From: Nitrospira sp.
GTDB lineage: Bacteria; Nitrospirota; Nitrospiria; Nitrospirales; Nitrospiraceae
DNA: 64,000 nucleotides
NCBI GenBank assembly: GCA_029881435.1
Contig: JAOUMR010000005.1
Location: 7,116-71,115 of the forward strand
Direction: 5' to 3'
Shown: positions 46,303 to 55,770 of the stretch, piece by piece
Numbering within the stretch: position 1 is the stretch's first letter
How the letters are laid out: each line of letters starts with the position of its first letter
The notes under the pieces: model-generated
What the model was told of the DNA's origin: nothing
The model's database searches: none
What the model saw: only the letters and a program-made list of their open reading frames with translations
Program-made: the position numbers and the translations under genes

Positions 46303-47412
46303 CTAGCCCTTCGGCTTCGTCCATGCCACATCTTCTTTCCATCGAATGATCGCATCAGCCGGAAGGCCTGGCGTCAGACGATGATCCGGGTTTTCGGTGA
46401 GATAGAGTTTGACCGGAAAAATCAATTTCACTCGCTCATCCGGCGTTTGAACCTCTTTCGGGGTGAATTCAGCTTTCGATGCGATGTACCGGACCGTTGC
46501 ATCAAACGGATGGTCGGGAAACGCATCGGTATAGACCCGAGCAGGCAAGTCCAAGCGTACCTTCCCGATCTGCACCTCAGGCACAAACACCTTGAGATAC
46601 AATCGATCGAGATCGACTAATTCCAGCAGGGGAGCACCGGTCGAGACGACTTCTCCAGCATCGACCATGCGCGTTGTGATCGTCCCACCGGTCGGTGCCG
46701 TGATCGTGAGGTCCGACAAAATGCTCCGGGCCTCCTCTAGAAACGCATCGGCCTGGTCACGCCGACGTTCCAAGGCTGCGACCTCTGCCTCCTTCGCTCT
46801 GATGCGTTTCCAGCCCAGCTCGGCTTGCGCCAATCCATTTTGTGCCTGTGCTAGTCCCGCGTGGGCGATCGCAATTTCTCTCTTAGCCACGTCCCATCTC
46901 ATCTCAGCCTGTTCCCACTGTTGCTTCGAGGCCTGATCCTTTTCGGCCAAGTTGCGGAACCGTTTCGCGTCGCTGCTCGCTTCCTTTTCCACAGCGATCG
47001 CTTTTGCAACCTTGGCTTTGGATTCAACAACTTCTGCCTCAGCTGCTTCAATCGCCAACGGGACGTCAAGGTTTAGCACCGCCAGGTCTGCGTGAGCGGC
47101 TTGAACCTCGGCCTCCACAGCTTCGGAGGCGTGGCGTGCTTGCTCGAGACGTGCGGTCGTTTGTGCGTCATCCAGCTTTACCAGGACTTGCCCCTTCGTG
47201 ACCTGGTCTCCTTCGCGTGCCAGCAACTCCAGAATGCGCCCGGGGTATTTACCGGCAATAGCCACATGATCACCCTCGATCCGGCCGTTCACCTGGATCA
47301 GGCCGTCCGGCAATCCGCTGTTTAAGACCCAGCGGTCGAGCGCGAGATACCCACCGATCGCCACGAGGATCGCGAGCACGAGCAGGCCAAGTTCTTTCCG
47401 GCCTATTTTCAT
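46303..47412 (-). CDS. HlyD-family periplasmic adaptor (YbhG-like)
   Basis: An N-terminal TM helix, a lipoyl-like segment (GKYPGRILELLAREGDQVTKGQVLVKLD), a long coiled coil and a beta-barrel C-terminus. The start is 47412 or 47439. Confidence 0.85.
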   Translation of the reverse strand: MKIGRKELGLLVLAILVAIGGYLALDRWVLNSGLPDGLIQVNGRIEGDHVAIAGKYPGRILELLAREGDQVTKGQVLVKLDDAQTTARLEQARHASEAVEAEVQAAHADLAVLNLDVPLAIEAAEAEVVESKAKVAKAIAVEKEASSDAKRFRNLAEKDQASKQQWEQAEMRWDVAKREIAIAHAGLAQAQNGLAQAELGWKRIRAKEAEVAALERRRDQADAFLEEARSILSDLTITAPTGGTITTRMVDAGEVVSTGAPLLELVDLDRLYLKVFVPEVQIGKVRLDLPARVYTDAFPDHPFDATVRYIASKAEFTPKEVQTPDERVKLIFPVKLYLTENPDHRLTPGLPADAIIRWKEDVAWTKPKG

Positions 47413-47502
47413 GAAGTCTGCACCATTGCCAATCGTCAAACGTCATTCGTGAAGGTGCCCTGAATGACCCTTCTCCTCATACGGATTCACGGTTGACGGC
47501 CT

Positions 47503-48888
47503 TCAGAACAGGTTTTCGATCTCGCCCTTCGCCCTAGCCAGATTGATCCGCGATGCGTTGAATCGGAACAGTGCCTCGATCACATTGTCGCGCGCGCGCG
47601 CCATGGAGGTCTGCGCATTGGTCACCTCAATGTTGGTCGTCAGGCCAGCCGCGAATCGATCGCGCGCGAAGGTTAGTTCCTTCTTCGCCAGTTCGATGCC
47701 TTTCTCGGCGACCGAGACCTGTTGCGTGGATGAGTCGAGTGTGAGCAGCGCATGGCGGACTTCGAGGGTGATCTGATCGGACACATCCTCCATCCGGATC
47801 GACTCCTGTCTCACACGGCTGCGGGTCTCCGAGATTCGAGCTTCCCTCTGCCCACCGTCGAAAATCGGCACCGACAGCATGAGCCCGATTGAGCGTGTCA
47901 CGAGCGCGTCGTCTGGTTTCAGCCCGATCCAGCCATAATCGCCGTTCAGGGACAAGGAGGGGATCCGTTCACTTGTGATGGAGCTGAGGCTGAGTGACGC
48001 CAGTTTCTGGCGTGTGACCTGCGCTTTCAGTTCGGCGCGGTTCTCGCGGGCGGCCAGGAGTGCGTGGGTAGGAGTCTGAGAAGCCACCGTGACGAATGCC
48101 AGCTCATCAGTCAACGTCAATCGCACATCGAAATCGATTCCCAATGCCCGAATCAGGTTCAGCTTCGCACTTTCATGGTCATTGTCCGCAACGAGGAGTC
48201 GTTGGCGGGTATTTTCTAGCTGGACTTCTTCGCGGGTCACATCGAGCCCGGTTGCCACGCCGGCTTTCTTTCGATCCTGAGCCAACTTCAGCAGTTGCTG
48301 GCTAAGCTCCATGTCCGCCTGACGCGCATTCACAGCCGCCGCCGCTCTGGTTGCCTCCATATACAACAGGCCCACCGTGGCCATCACATCGCGTTTCGTC
48401 ACTTCGGCTTCCAGGTTTGCCACATCCACACCTGACTTCGCTGCACGCCATCGTTGAATAAGGCTCAAGCTGAAAATATTCTGAACGAGGCTGGCACGCG
48501 CGTCGTAGACATCAAAAGGCTGTGTCACGCTGCCGGATAGTCCAAGAGCCCCGAGTCTGTCTTGAGGGAGGCCGAATGCGGCGAGGTTGATCGTTTGATT
48601 GCGCCAGCTCGCGTGCCCCGAGACATTCGGCAACAAGGCCCCAAAACTTGTGTTCGCTGCCGACTGCGCCGCGGCAATGCGCTCCTTCAGAAGCCGCACG
48701 TTGACGTTGTTGTCGACCGCCGCTTGAATGGCGTCGCGGAGACTGAGTTTGAGTTCGGGAGGGTTTGGCTCAGACTCCTCCGCAGCAACAATTTCTATCC
48801 CTGCCCCACAGAAGACTGTGACGAGGATGAGAAAAAGGACAAGCCCTGCGACTGGGCAGTGTGGTCGTATGCGTATAGAAGCCCACAT
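47503..48888 (-). CDS. TolC-family outer membrane efflux protein
   Basis: 461 aa with a signal peptide. It has a two-fold internal repeat of the OEP pattern (...LSLRDAIQAAVDNNVNVRLL... / ...LTEVRHALLTLDSSTQQV...). Confidence 0.85.
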   Translation of the reverse strand: MWASIRIRPHCPVAGLVLFLILVTVFCGAGIEIVAAEESEPNPPELKLSLRDAIQAAVDNNVNVRLLKERIAAAQSAANTSFGALLPNVSGHASWRNQTINLAAFGLPQDRLGALGLSGSVTQPFDVYDARASLVQNIFSLSLIQRWRAAKSGVDVANLEAEVTKRDVMATVGLLYMEATRAAAAVNARQADMELSQQLLKLAQDRKKAGVATGLDVTREEVQLENTRQRLLVADNDHESAKLNLIRALGIDFDVRLTLTDELAFVTVASQTPTHALLAARENRAELKAQVTRQKLASLSLSSITSERIPSLSLNGDYGWIGLKPDDALVTRSIGLMLSVPIFDGGQREARISETRSRVRQESIRMEDVSDQITLEVRHALLTLDSSTQQVSVAEKGIELAKKELTFARDRFAAGLTTNIEVTNAQTSMARARDNVIEALFRFNASRINLARAKGEIENLF

Positions 48889-49202
48889 GAACGTATTCCG
48901 TGCTTATTTGGATCGCTGAACTGCAGGACTGCAAAGAGAGAGCCGGGAAGGGGAAAAACCCAACCACGACGGCTTTCTGTTGCAAAATTCACGAGTTGAA
49001 CAACAGCGGGAGAGAGGAAGGTCTGAGCACAGGGGAAAGTTGCGACAGAAAGAAAACCACTGCTGTTGCAGAAGGCGACAGGCTAGGAAACGTTTTGTGT
49101 ATTGAAGAAGAGGCAGCGAACCTTGTCCGTTCGCGTACCGTTTCTGGTACGGACATCCTCAGCGAGGCGCTGATGCGCGCACCCTACGTTTTCACAGCGC
49201 AA

Positions 49203-52200
49203 TTAGCCGGGAACCAGCTGTGAAGGTTTGCCGTGAGTAATAGCATCTCCGTTTCCTAGGACCTCCTTCCCATCAGCATGGTTCGGTCCAGCCGGTTTTC
49301 CCATCATGTGGTAGTAGACCACCGGAATCACGACGAGGGTCAGGAGCGTCGAAGCGCCGACCCCGAAGAGCAATGAGACGGCTAACCCCTGAAAGATCGG
49401 ATCGAGGATGATGACAAACGCACCCACCATCAGCGCTGCGGCTGTCAGCAAGATGGGGCGGGTCCGAATGGCACCCGCTTTGATCACGGCTTCTGATAAG
49501 GAAACGCCCGCTCGTTCTTGTAGTTGGATGAAATCGACGAGGAGAATGGAGTTCCTCACGATGATCCCCGCGAGCGCGATGAAGCCGATCATTGATGTGG
49601 CGGTGAAGTACGATCCAGTCAGCCAATGCCCTGGCAGAATGCCGATCAGTGTCAGCGGAATCGGCGCCATGATGATCAGCGGCGTGATGAACGATTGGAA
49701 CTGTCCGACGATCAACAAATAGATCAGCAACATGGCCACGGCAAAGGCAATCCCCATATCGCGGAACGTTTCATAGGTGATGTGCCACTCGCCATCCCAT
49801 TTCATTGCGATTTTCTCTTCCGACCAAGGCTGCGCCGTATAGTATTGTTCGATCTGATAGCCTTCCGCCGGTCGAAAGTCCTCCAACTTTTTTCCGACCC
49901 CCAGCACACCATAGACCGGACTTTCAGCCTTTTCCGCTCCAGGGCCACCGACGTCGGCAACCACATAGACCACCGGTTTCTGATTCTTGTGATAGATCGC
50001 CTTGTCCTGAACTGTTTGTTCGATCTTGAGCAGTTCGGACAGTTGGACGATGCCGCCGGCACTTGTGCGCATCCCGATCTCTCCCAAGTGCTCCAAGCCG
50101 GTCCGCTCGGCGAGCGGTAAGCGCAACACGATGTGCACCGGGCTCTTTTCTTGAGGAATATGGACCAGCCCCACCTTAGATCCCTGCAGTGCCATGCGTA
50201 GGGTATTCACAATGTCTTGGGAAGGAATACCGGCAAGGGCAGCCTTTGCCCGATCAACCGTGAAGACATATTTCACCTGATCAGCTTCGATATAATCATC
50301 CACGTCGACTACTCCAGAGGTGCTCTCGAATAGCGTCCGAATCTCACGAGCCACCGCGAGCTGCCTGTTGTAGTCAGGGCCGTAGACCTCCGCCACCAGC
50401 ACCGATTGCACGGGCGGACCGGGTGGCACTTCGAGGATCTTGACGTTCGCGCCAAATTCTCGAGCGATTTCGTGCATGGAAGGACGAATCCGCTGAGCGA
50501 TCTCGTGACTTTGGGCACCACGCTCGTGTTTCCCCACTAAATTGATCTGGATATCGGCCTCGTGTGGTAGTTCCCGTAAGTAATAGTGGCGGACCAGCCC
50601 GCTGAAATTAAACGGCGATGCCGTCCCGACATACGCTTGGTAGTCCCGCACCTCCGGCACAGTCCTCACATATCGAGCCAACGCTTGCGTGACACGCGCA
50701 GTCTCTTCAAGCGTCGTGCCTTCCGGCATATCGATCACCAGCTGTATTTCACTTTTATTGTCGAACGGGAGCATTTTCACCACGACGTGGCGGGTATAGA
50801 ACAACACAGTTGACCCTACGAGCAACAGACCGACCACCCCGAGAAACGCGTACGCCAGAATTGGATGGGCCAGTAGCGGGGAAAGGACGCGCCGATACAT
50901 TCGGGCGATGAGCCCTCGCTCATCACCTTCATGGTCGACACCGGCTACAATAGCTCCTGGGCGATAGCACGTTTGGCAAAACCAGGGAATCACAATGAAG
51001 GCGACCAGCAGCGAGAAGAACATGGCGATGGAGGCGTTCACAGGAATCGGCCTCATATAGGGACCCATCAATCCGGAGACGAAGGCCATCGGCAACAGCG
51101 CTGCGATGACGGTGAATGTCGCCAGGATCGTTGGGTTTCCGACCTCGTCGACCGCCTTGATGGAGGCTTCGTGATGAGACGCGAGGCGCATCTTCAGATG
51201 TCGGTACGTATTCTCGACGACCACGATGGCATCGTCCACAAGAATGCCGATCGAAAAAATGAGAGCAAACAAGGTTACCCGGTTGATCGTGTACCCAATC
51301 ATCATCGACGTAAAGAGCGTGAGAGCAAGGGTCAGAGGGATCGCGATCGAGACGACGAGAGCCGGCCGCGCGCCCAATGCCACACCGAGAAAGACCACGA
51401 CCGCGACTACGGCGATCAGAAGGTGCCATAACAGTTCATTGGCCTTCTCCTGAGCCGTTTCTCCGTAATCACGAGTAACGGTCACGCGTACGTCCGATGG
51501 AATTGTCACGCCCTTCATGCCTTCGACTTTGCGGATCACCTCGGCGGCAACAGTGACCGCATTCACGCCCGCTTGCTTCGCAATCGCGACAGTGATCGCG
51601 GGGGATTCCCTTGTTACAAGAGATGAGGCATCAGGTGAGACGACACCGGCTCCACCGGGGCCGAGTCCAAACCAGACGTAACTCGTTGCTTCCGCCGGGC
51701 CGTCTGTCACCTCCGCCACTTGACGCAGATAGACAGGCCGCTGCTCACTGACACCGACCACCAAGCTTTCCAGATCTTCGCGTGACCGGATGAATCGACC
51801 GGTCTCCACGAGCAAACTTTGATTGCGGCTGTCAAAGCGACCCGTCGATAACGCTCGATTCTCCCCGCGTACCACGTCTGCAACCTGCAGAGGTGTCAGC
51901 CCATAAGCCTTTAGCCTTGTCGGGTCGATCTGAATGCGAAGCTCACGTGGCCGTCCGCCGACAATAAATCCGGCCGACGTGCCGGATACTTTCTTGCTCT
52001 CCTCCAATATTTGTTCGGCGAGACGATGGAGTTCGAATTCACCATATCGCTCGCTGGAGAGCGTAAGGGTGACGATCGGAACATCATTCACATCCTTTGG
52101 CTTGACCAGAAAAGGCTCAGCGCCTGGCGGTAACAGGTCTTGGTTTGACATCAGCTTGTCGTAGAGATCGACCAGACTCTGTTCCATCGGCTGGCCGACG

Positions 52201-52523
52201 TAGAAGCGGACGATGATCAACGCACCGCCTGGGCGTGAAATGGAATAGACGTATTCGACGCCTTTGATCTCCGAGAGTTTACGTTCAAACGGCTTGGTGA
52301 GTTGCTCTTCGACGACTTTGGCCGAGGCACCAGGAAATGGCAGCCAGACATCGGCCATCGGCACTACAATCTGCGGCTCCTCCTCACGAGGAGTGCCGAT
52401 CACTGCAAACAGGCCCAGCACCAGCGCACCGACCATGATGAGCGGCGTGAGTTTACTATCGATGAAGAGGGCGGCAATGCGGCCGCTGAGTCCTGGTCTG
52501 TATGAAGAAGGGTGTGAAGTCAT
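49203..52523 (-). CDS. RND-family efflux transporter permease (AcrB/HAE-like)
   Basis: 1106 aa with the typical N-terminus ...IAALFIDSKLTPLIMVGALVLGLFAV. It has 12 TM helices with two large periplasmic loops. Confidence 0.95.
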   Translation of the reverse strand: MTSHPSSYRPGLSGRIAALFIDSKLTPLIMVGALVLGLFAVIGTPREEEPQIVVPMADVWLPFPGASAKVVEEQLTKPFERKLSEIKGVEYVYSISRPGGALIIVRFYVGQPMEQSLVDLYDKLMSNQDLLPPGAEPFLVKPKDVNDVPIVTLTLSSERYGEFELHRLAEQILEESKKVSGTSAGFIVGGRPRELRIQIDPTRLKAYGLTPLQVADVVRGENRALSTGRFDSRNQSLLVETGRFIRSREDLESLVVGVSEQRPVYLRQVAEVTDGPAEATSYVWFGLGPGGAGVVSPDASSLVTRESPAITVAIAKQAGVNAVTVAAEVIRKVEGMKGVTIPSDVRVTVTRDYGETAQEKANELLWHLLIAVVAVVVFLGVALGARPALVVSIAIPLTLALTLFTSMMIGYTINRVTLFALIFSIGILVDDAIVVVENTYRHLKMRLASHHEASIKAVDEVGNPTILATFTVIAALLPMAFVSGLMGPYMRPIPVNASIAMFFSLLVAFIVIPWFCQTCYRPGAIVAGVDHEGDERGLIARMYRRVLSPLLAHPILAYAFLGVVGLLLVGSTVLFYTRHVVVKMLPFDNKSEIQLVIDMPEGTTLEETARVTQALARYVRTVPEVRDYQAYVGTASPFNFSGLVRHYYLRELPHEADIQINLVGKHERGAQSHEIAQRIRPSMHEIAREFGANVKILEVPPGPPVQSVLVAEVYGPDYNRQLAVAREIRTLFESTSGVVDVDDYIEADQVKYVFTVDRAKAALAGIPSQDIVNTLRMALQGSKVGLVHIPQEKSPVHIVLRLPLAERTGLEHLGEIGMRTSAGGIVQLSELLKIEQTVQDKAIYHKNQKPVVYVVADVGGPGAEKAESPVYGVLGVGKKLEDFRPAEGYQIEQYYTAQPWSEEKIAMKWDGEWHITYETFRDMGIAFAVAMLLIYLLIVGQFQSFITPLIIMAPIPLTLIGILPGHWLTGSYFTATSMIGFIALAGIIVRNSILLVDFIQLQERAGVSLSEAVIKAGAIRTRPILLTAAALMVGAFVIILDPIFQGLAVSLLFGVGASTLLTLVVIPVVYYHMMGKPAGPNHADGKEVLGNGDAITHGKPSQLVPG

Positions 52524-52583
52524 TGAACATTGGGAAATGGGTGCGCCGGCCCACGCCTCGTAGGCTGTACCGTTGACAAATGA

Positions 52584-53666
52584 CTATTGGCCAATGGCGC
52601 TCTTCCCCGGCACCGATGGCGCGGCCACCGTCTCGGCGATCTGGACTGTTACTCCATCAACGCCCCGGCTGCCGTCTGTCAAGACTCGCTCCCCCTCGTT
52701 GAGGCCGGCAAGGATTTCCACGTGTTGGTCGAATCGCCGCCCAAGCTTGACCCACCGAAGCCGAGCGACTTGATCCGCTCCCACGGCATAGAGGCTGGTC
52801 AGTTCGCCCCGTTCGATGATGGCTGTCAACGGAACCAGAATGGTTGGCGTGGCACCCTTGTCGAGCTGGAACCGACCGAACATGCCGGTCCTCAGTCCGG
52901 GGGTGTTGGGCAAATCAACCTTGACCATAAAGGTGTGAGTTTGTGGATCGCCGGCAGGGAGAATTTGACTGACCCTTCCGATCACGACATCCTCTCCCAA
53001 CGCATCAATGACCACAGAAATTTTGTCTCTGTTAGAAACGGACTTCAGATCACCTTCCGCCACCGTGGCTTCCAGCCGCAGACGCCGAGGATCCTCTATC
53101 TTGAGCAGTAGCTGCCCCGGCGAGGCTAATTCGCCCGATTCCACTTTCTTTTCGGTGATGACACCGTCGAAAGGCGCTTTCACCACCGTGTAGCTCAGCT
53201 GAGCCGCGACCACTTTGTGATTCGCCTCCGCAACAAGATAGGCCCTGGTCGCATTCTCCATCTCCTGTTTTGACACCGCATCTTGGGTGTATAACTGGTC
53301 CATACGGTCGAGGTGGGCTTTCGCATTCTCGACGTCGGCGTTGGCGCGGGCCAAGTCCGCCTGAAGGTCGCGGCTATCCAGCTTGATCAGAACCTGACCT
53401 TTAGAGACCTTCGTGCCTTCCCGGACGAGCAACTTGTCGATTGTGCCTTGGATGCGACTGGAGAGCGTGGCTTGAAAGATCGCGGCGACCTGACCGGTGA
53501 CTTCCACACGGATCGGCACCGACGTCCGTTGAGCCTCGAAAACCGCAGCCTGAATGGTGTTCTGCGGGGCAGCCGACACCACCGTTCTGGCTGGTTCCTC
53601 CTTGGCCTCACAACCGACCAGAAGCGCGATGGCAACAACTAGGCGTTTCACGGATCTGACCGTCAT
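52584..53666 (-). CDS. RND efflux periplasmic adaptor (membrane fusion protein)
   Basis: The likely start is MTVRSVKRLVVAIALLVGC (lipobox) at 53666. Lipoyl (GTKVSKGQVLIKLD), hairpin and beta-barrel segments are present. Confidence 0.85.
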   Translation of the reverse strand: MTVRSVKRLVVAIALLVGCEAKEEPARTVVSAAPQNTIQAAVFEAQRTSVPIRVEVTGQVAAIFQATLSSRIQGTIDKLLVREGTKVSKGQVLIKLDSRDLQADLARANADVENAKAHLDRMDQLYTQDAVSKQEMENATRAYLVAEANHKVVAAQLSYTVVKAPFDGVITEKKVESGELASPGQLLLKIEDPRRLRLEATVAEGDLKSVSNRDKISVVIDALGEDVVIGRVSQILPAGDPQTHTFMVKVDLPNTPGLRTGMFGRFQLDKGATPTILVPLTAIIERGELTSLYAVGADQVARLRWVKLGRRFDQHVEILAGLNEGERVLTDGSRGVDGVTVQIAETVAAPSVPGKSAIGQ

Positions 53667-53689
53667 CTGTGCGGTACATTCATCCTGGC

Positions 53690-54235
53690 TCACTGTCCAC
53701 CAGTGGCCGCGCGAGCATGGTCCTCGCAGCGATCCTCTGGTTGTGGGTGCGCCCGATTTTGATCGTCCCATGTTCCACGCCTGGCTCCAAGCTGTTGAAG
53801 CAGACATTCAGCCGTCGCCAACAACTCCTCAAGACCATGGTCCGGCTTCGCACCATAGTGGCCACGATCGAAAATAGGGATTTGAAGGCACACCTCCGCG
53901 CGATACCGGCGCTCCGGAGAATACATGATCCGATACATCGGCGGTTCGGGATGTTCGCAGGGTTTCAGAAGATCCAACGATTGAAAAAACACTCGACAGA
54001 CACGGCGCAGTCCTCCTATCAATTCACGCAGCTCTGTATCTTCGCCAGACGGCAGATGCTTAGGATCCTGAAACGCTGCGTAGAGGTTCAGTTGAAAACC
54101 AATTTGGACGATCTGCCCTGATCCATCTCTCACATAAAAGGGATTGTGATCGAAACACACCTTTCTAGCCACCATTATATCCTGCAGGGCCTGCTCACTG
54201 TCGAACGCACCGTCGAGAATAAGGGGAATCGTCAT
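53690..54235 (-). CDS. hypothetical protein (181 aa), no family recognised
   Basis: A clean ORF ending 24 nt upstream of the MFP gene start. The composition is soluble-looking (MTIPLILDGAFDSEQALQDIMVARKVCFDHNPFYVRDG...). Confidence 0.5.
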   Translation of the reverse strand: MTIPLILDGAFDSEQALQDIMVARKVCFDHNPFYVRDGSGQIVQIGFQLNLYAAFQDPKHLPSGEDTELRELIGGLRRVCRVFFQSLDLLKPCEHPEPPMYRIMYSPERRYRAEVCLQIPIFDRGHYGAKPDHGLEELLATAECLLQQLGARRGTWDDQNRAHPQPEDRCEDHARAATGGQ

Positions 54236-54318
54236 GGCTTTCTCCTAGTCCCTCGTCACTCTCCACAACAACACACTGGCATCCTGGAAGATATAGGAAC
54301 CGCTCTGCGAGGTCTGGG

Positions 54319-54507
54319 CTATTCTTGTACCCCAAGCTTACGCAGCAGCACCATCATCGGACACCAGCCCGTAAAGGCCGATTGGATAAGGTTCACCGCG
54401 ACAAAGGCTGCGAAATAATTCCAGTATGGATGGACCGTTGCACCCAGGATCACCGCGGCGAGCACAAATATTCCGGCAATCAATCGCAAACGCTCGTTGA
54501 GTCTCAT
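54319..54507 (-). CDS. DUF2892 small membrane protein (second copy in window)
   Basis: MRLNERLRLIAGIFVLAAVILG...NLIQSAFTGWCPMMVLLRKLG matches the DUF2892 pattern (2 TM helices, GxCP). Confidence 0.65.
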   Translation of the reverse strand: MRLNERLRLIAGIFVLAAVILGATVHPYWNYFAAFVAVNLIQSAFTGWCPMMVLLRKLGVQE

Positions 54508-54574
54508 GGCGCCCTCCTTTCTTCTTGCCTATGTGAGGCAGCAGTGGAGCAAAGGATTCAGAGCGAAGAGGCCG

Positions 54575-54703
54575 TCACATTGGCCGCTCTATATCCCGCT
54601 TGGTGATGCCTATTGCATTGTGCTGTTTGTCCAACAATGCCCGTGCTTCATGGGCGGCGTGCAAACCACCGATCAATGCGCTGATGATCGCCACTCGTGC
54701 CAT
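54575..54703 (-). CDS. candidate small ORF (42 aa)
   Basis: Hand-found and below the track cut-off. GGAGGTG lies 4 nt before the ATG at 54703. The translation is MARVAIISALIGGLHAAHEARALLDKQHNAIGITKRDIERPM. No family recognised. Confidence 0.3.
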   Translation of the reverse strand: MARVAIISALIGGLHAAHEARALLDKQHNAIGITKRDIERPM

Positions 54704-54790
54704 CGTTCACCTCCAGTCCTACTAACACGTGCTGAGTCCTGATCGTAGGCTTTCACTCAGCCCTCGCTTCCCAGTTCTCAGAACTCCTTC

Positions 54791-55111
54791 CTAGCGGCCA
54801 CCCCCGCCTCCTCCCCGCTCGCCACGTTCCATTCTCTCATGCTGCGGCTTTTCAGGGCGCTCTGTCTGCATGTGCTCCCTGGCCCGTTCACGCTCTCGCG
54901 TCCGCTCCTGCTCTTTCAGTTGGTCTTTGTCTTTCAGCTGATCCTTGTCTTTCAGCCGGTCTTTGGTCTGGAGTTTGTCCTTGTCCTGGAGTAGCTGGTC
55001 CGTCTTCAGCTGATCGCGGTCGCGATCTTGTGCCGACGCGATGGCCACGATACCAACCGGCAACAGCATAACTGTTGCCACTGCGATGGAAAGCATCATT
55101 CTGGACTTCAT
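54791..55111 (-). CDS. secreted low-complexity protein with hexapeptide (DKDQLK-type) repeats and a Gly-rich tail
   Basis: The likely start is MKSRMMLSIAVATVMLLPVGIVAIASA (signal peptide). This is followed by DRDQLK TDQLLQ DKDKLQ TKDRLK DKDQLK DKDQLK, then an ER-rich tract ending GGGGGGR. Confidence 0.55.
   Translation of the reverse strand: MKSRMMLSIAVATVMLLPVGIVAIASAQDRDRDQLKTDQLLQDKDKLQTKDRLKDKDQLKDKDQLKEQERTRERERAREHMQTERPEKPQHERMERGERGGGGGGR
54923..55030. repeat. six degenerate 18-nt tandem units (CTTTCAGCTGATCCTTGT-like)
   Basis: Units begin at 54923, 54941, 54959, 54977, 54995 and 55013. They encode the hexapeptide repeats of the gene above. Confidence 0.7.
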
Positions 55112-55305
55112 CTGGCACCTCCCTGTGCAATTAGCTGGAGCGACATTGCTCTCGGCTGTGGCGGACTTCCCGCCTTTCGGAGCTTGTGCCATCCGGCCAT
55201 GACAGGAGCACTCATTGGGTGGGAGTCGCCATGTCGAAAATGGATTCGCGCGTGATCCGAAGTTCTTTCTGTCCTTCTATTGCTGGTTGCTGAGCATTGG
55301 GGCTA

Positions 55306-55770
55306 TCAGTTCGCGCTGAATCTGTACATGTCATGACAAGCCGTGCAACGGGCGGTCATGCTTGATAAGCGCTTCAACAGTTGTTGCGGCGTCTCGTGTT
55401 GTGTGATCGCATCGGCCAAGGAATCCATGTCTTTGTGGATCGACATGCCCATCTGCTTAAACGGCAGCGGCAGCTTGGCCATGATGGCGGGTTCTGTATC
55501 CGCAGCCATGTGCATCCCGACCGCTCTGGCCGCTGCTTCCATCAGCTTCAGATCAGGCTTCGGCTCTCCCAGTTCCCTGACGACGCCGTCCACCGCTTTC
55601 AAGAGCTGCCGCATTTCCGCCAAGATCTGATCGCGTTCAGCGACCGCCAAGAGTATTTCGGTGCGACCGTCGCTTCCTTTCGTCGTCCATCCCTTCACGA
55701 AAAACCACCCAACCATGGTTAACGTGATAACCCACAGGAGGATGGCAGGGAAGCACACTTTCCGTTTCAT
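55306..55770 (-). CDS. class II (cytochrome c'/c-556-like) four-helix cytochrome c with N-terminal membrane anchor
   Basis: A single CxxCH lies at the extreme C-terminus in the class II context (ARCTACHDMYRFSAN). The body is helical and about 125 aa. The N-terminal hydrophobic segment is CFPAILLWVITLTMVGWFFV. Confidence 0.65.
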   Translation of the reverse strand: MKRKVCFPAILLWVITLTMVGWFFVKGWTTKGSDGRTEILLAVAERDQILAEMRQLLKAVDGVVRELGEPKPDLKLMEAAARAVGMHMAADTEPAIMAKLPLPFKQMGMSIHKDMDSLADAITQHETPQQLLKRLSSMTARCTACHDMYRFSAN

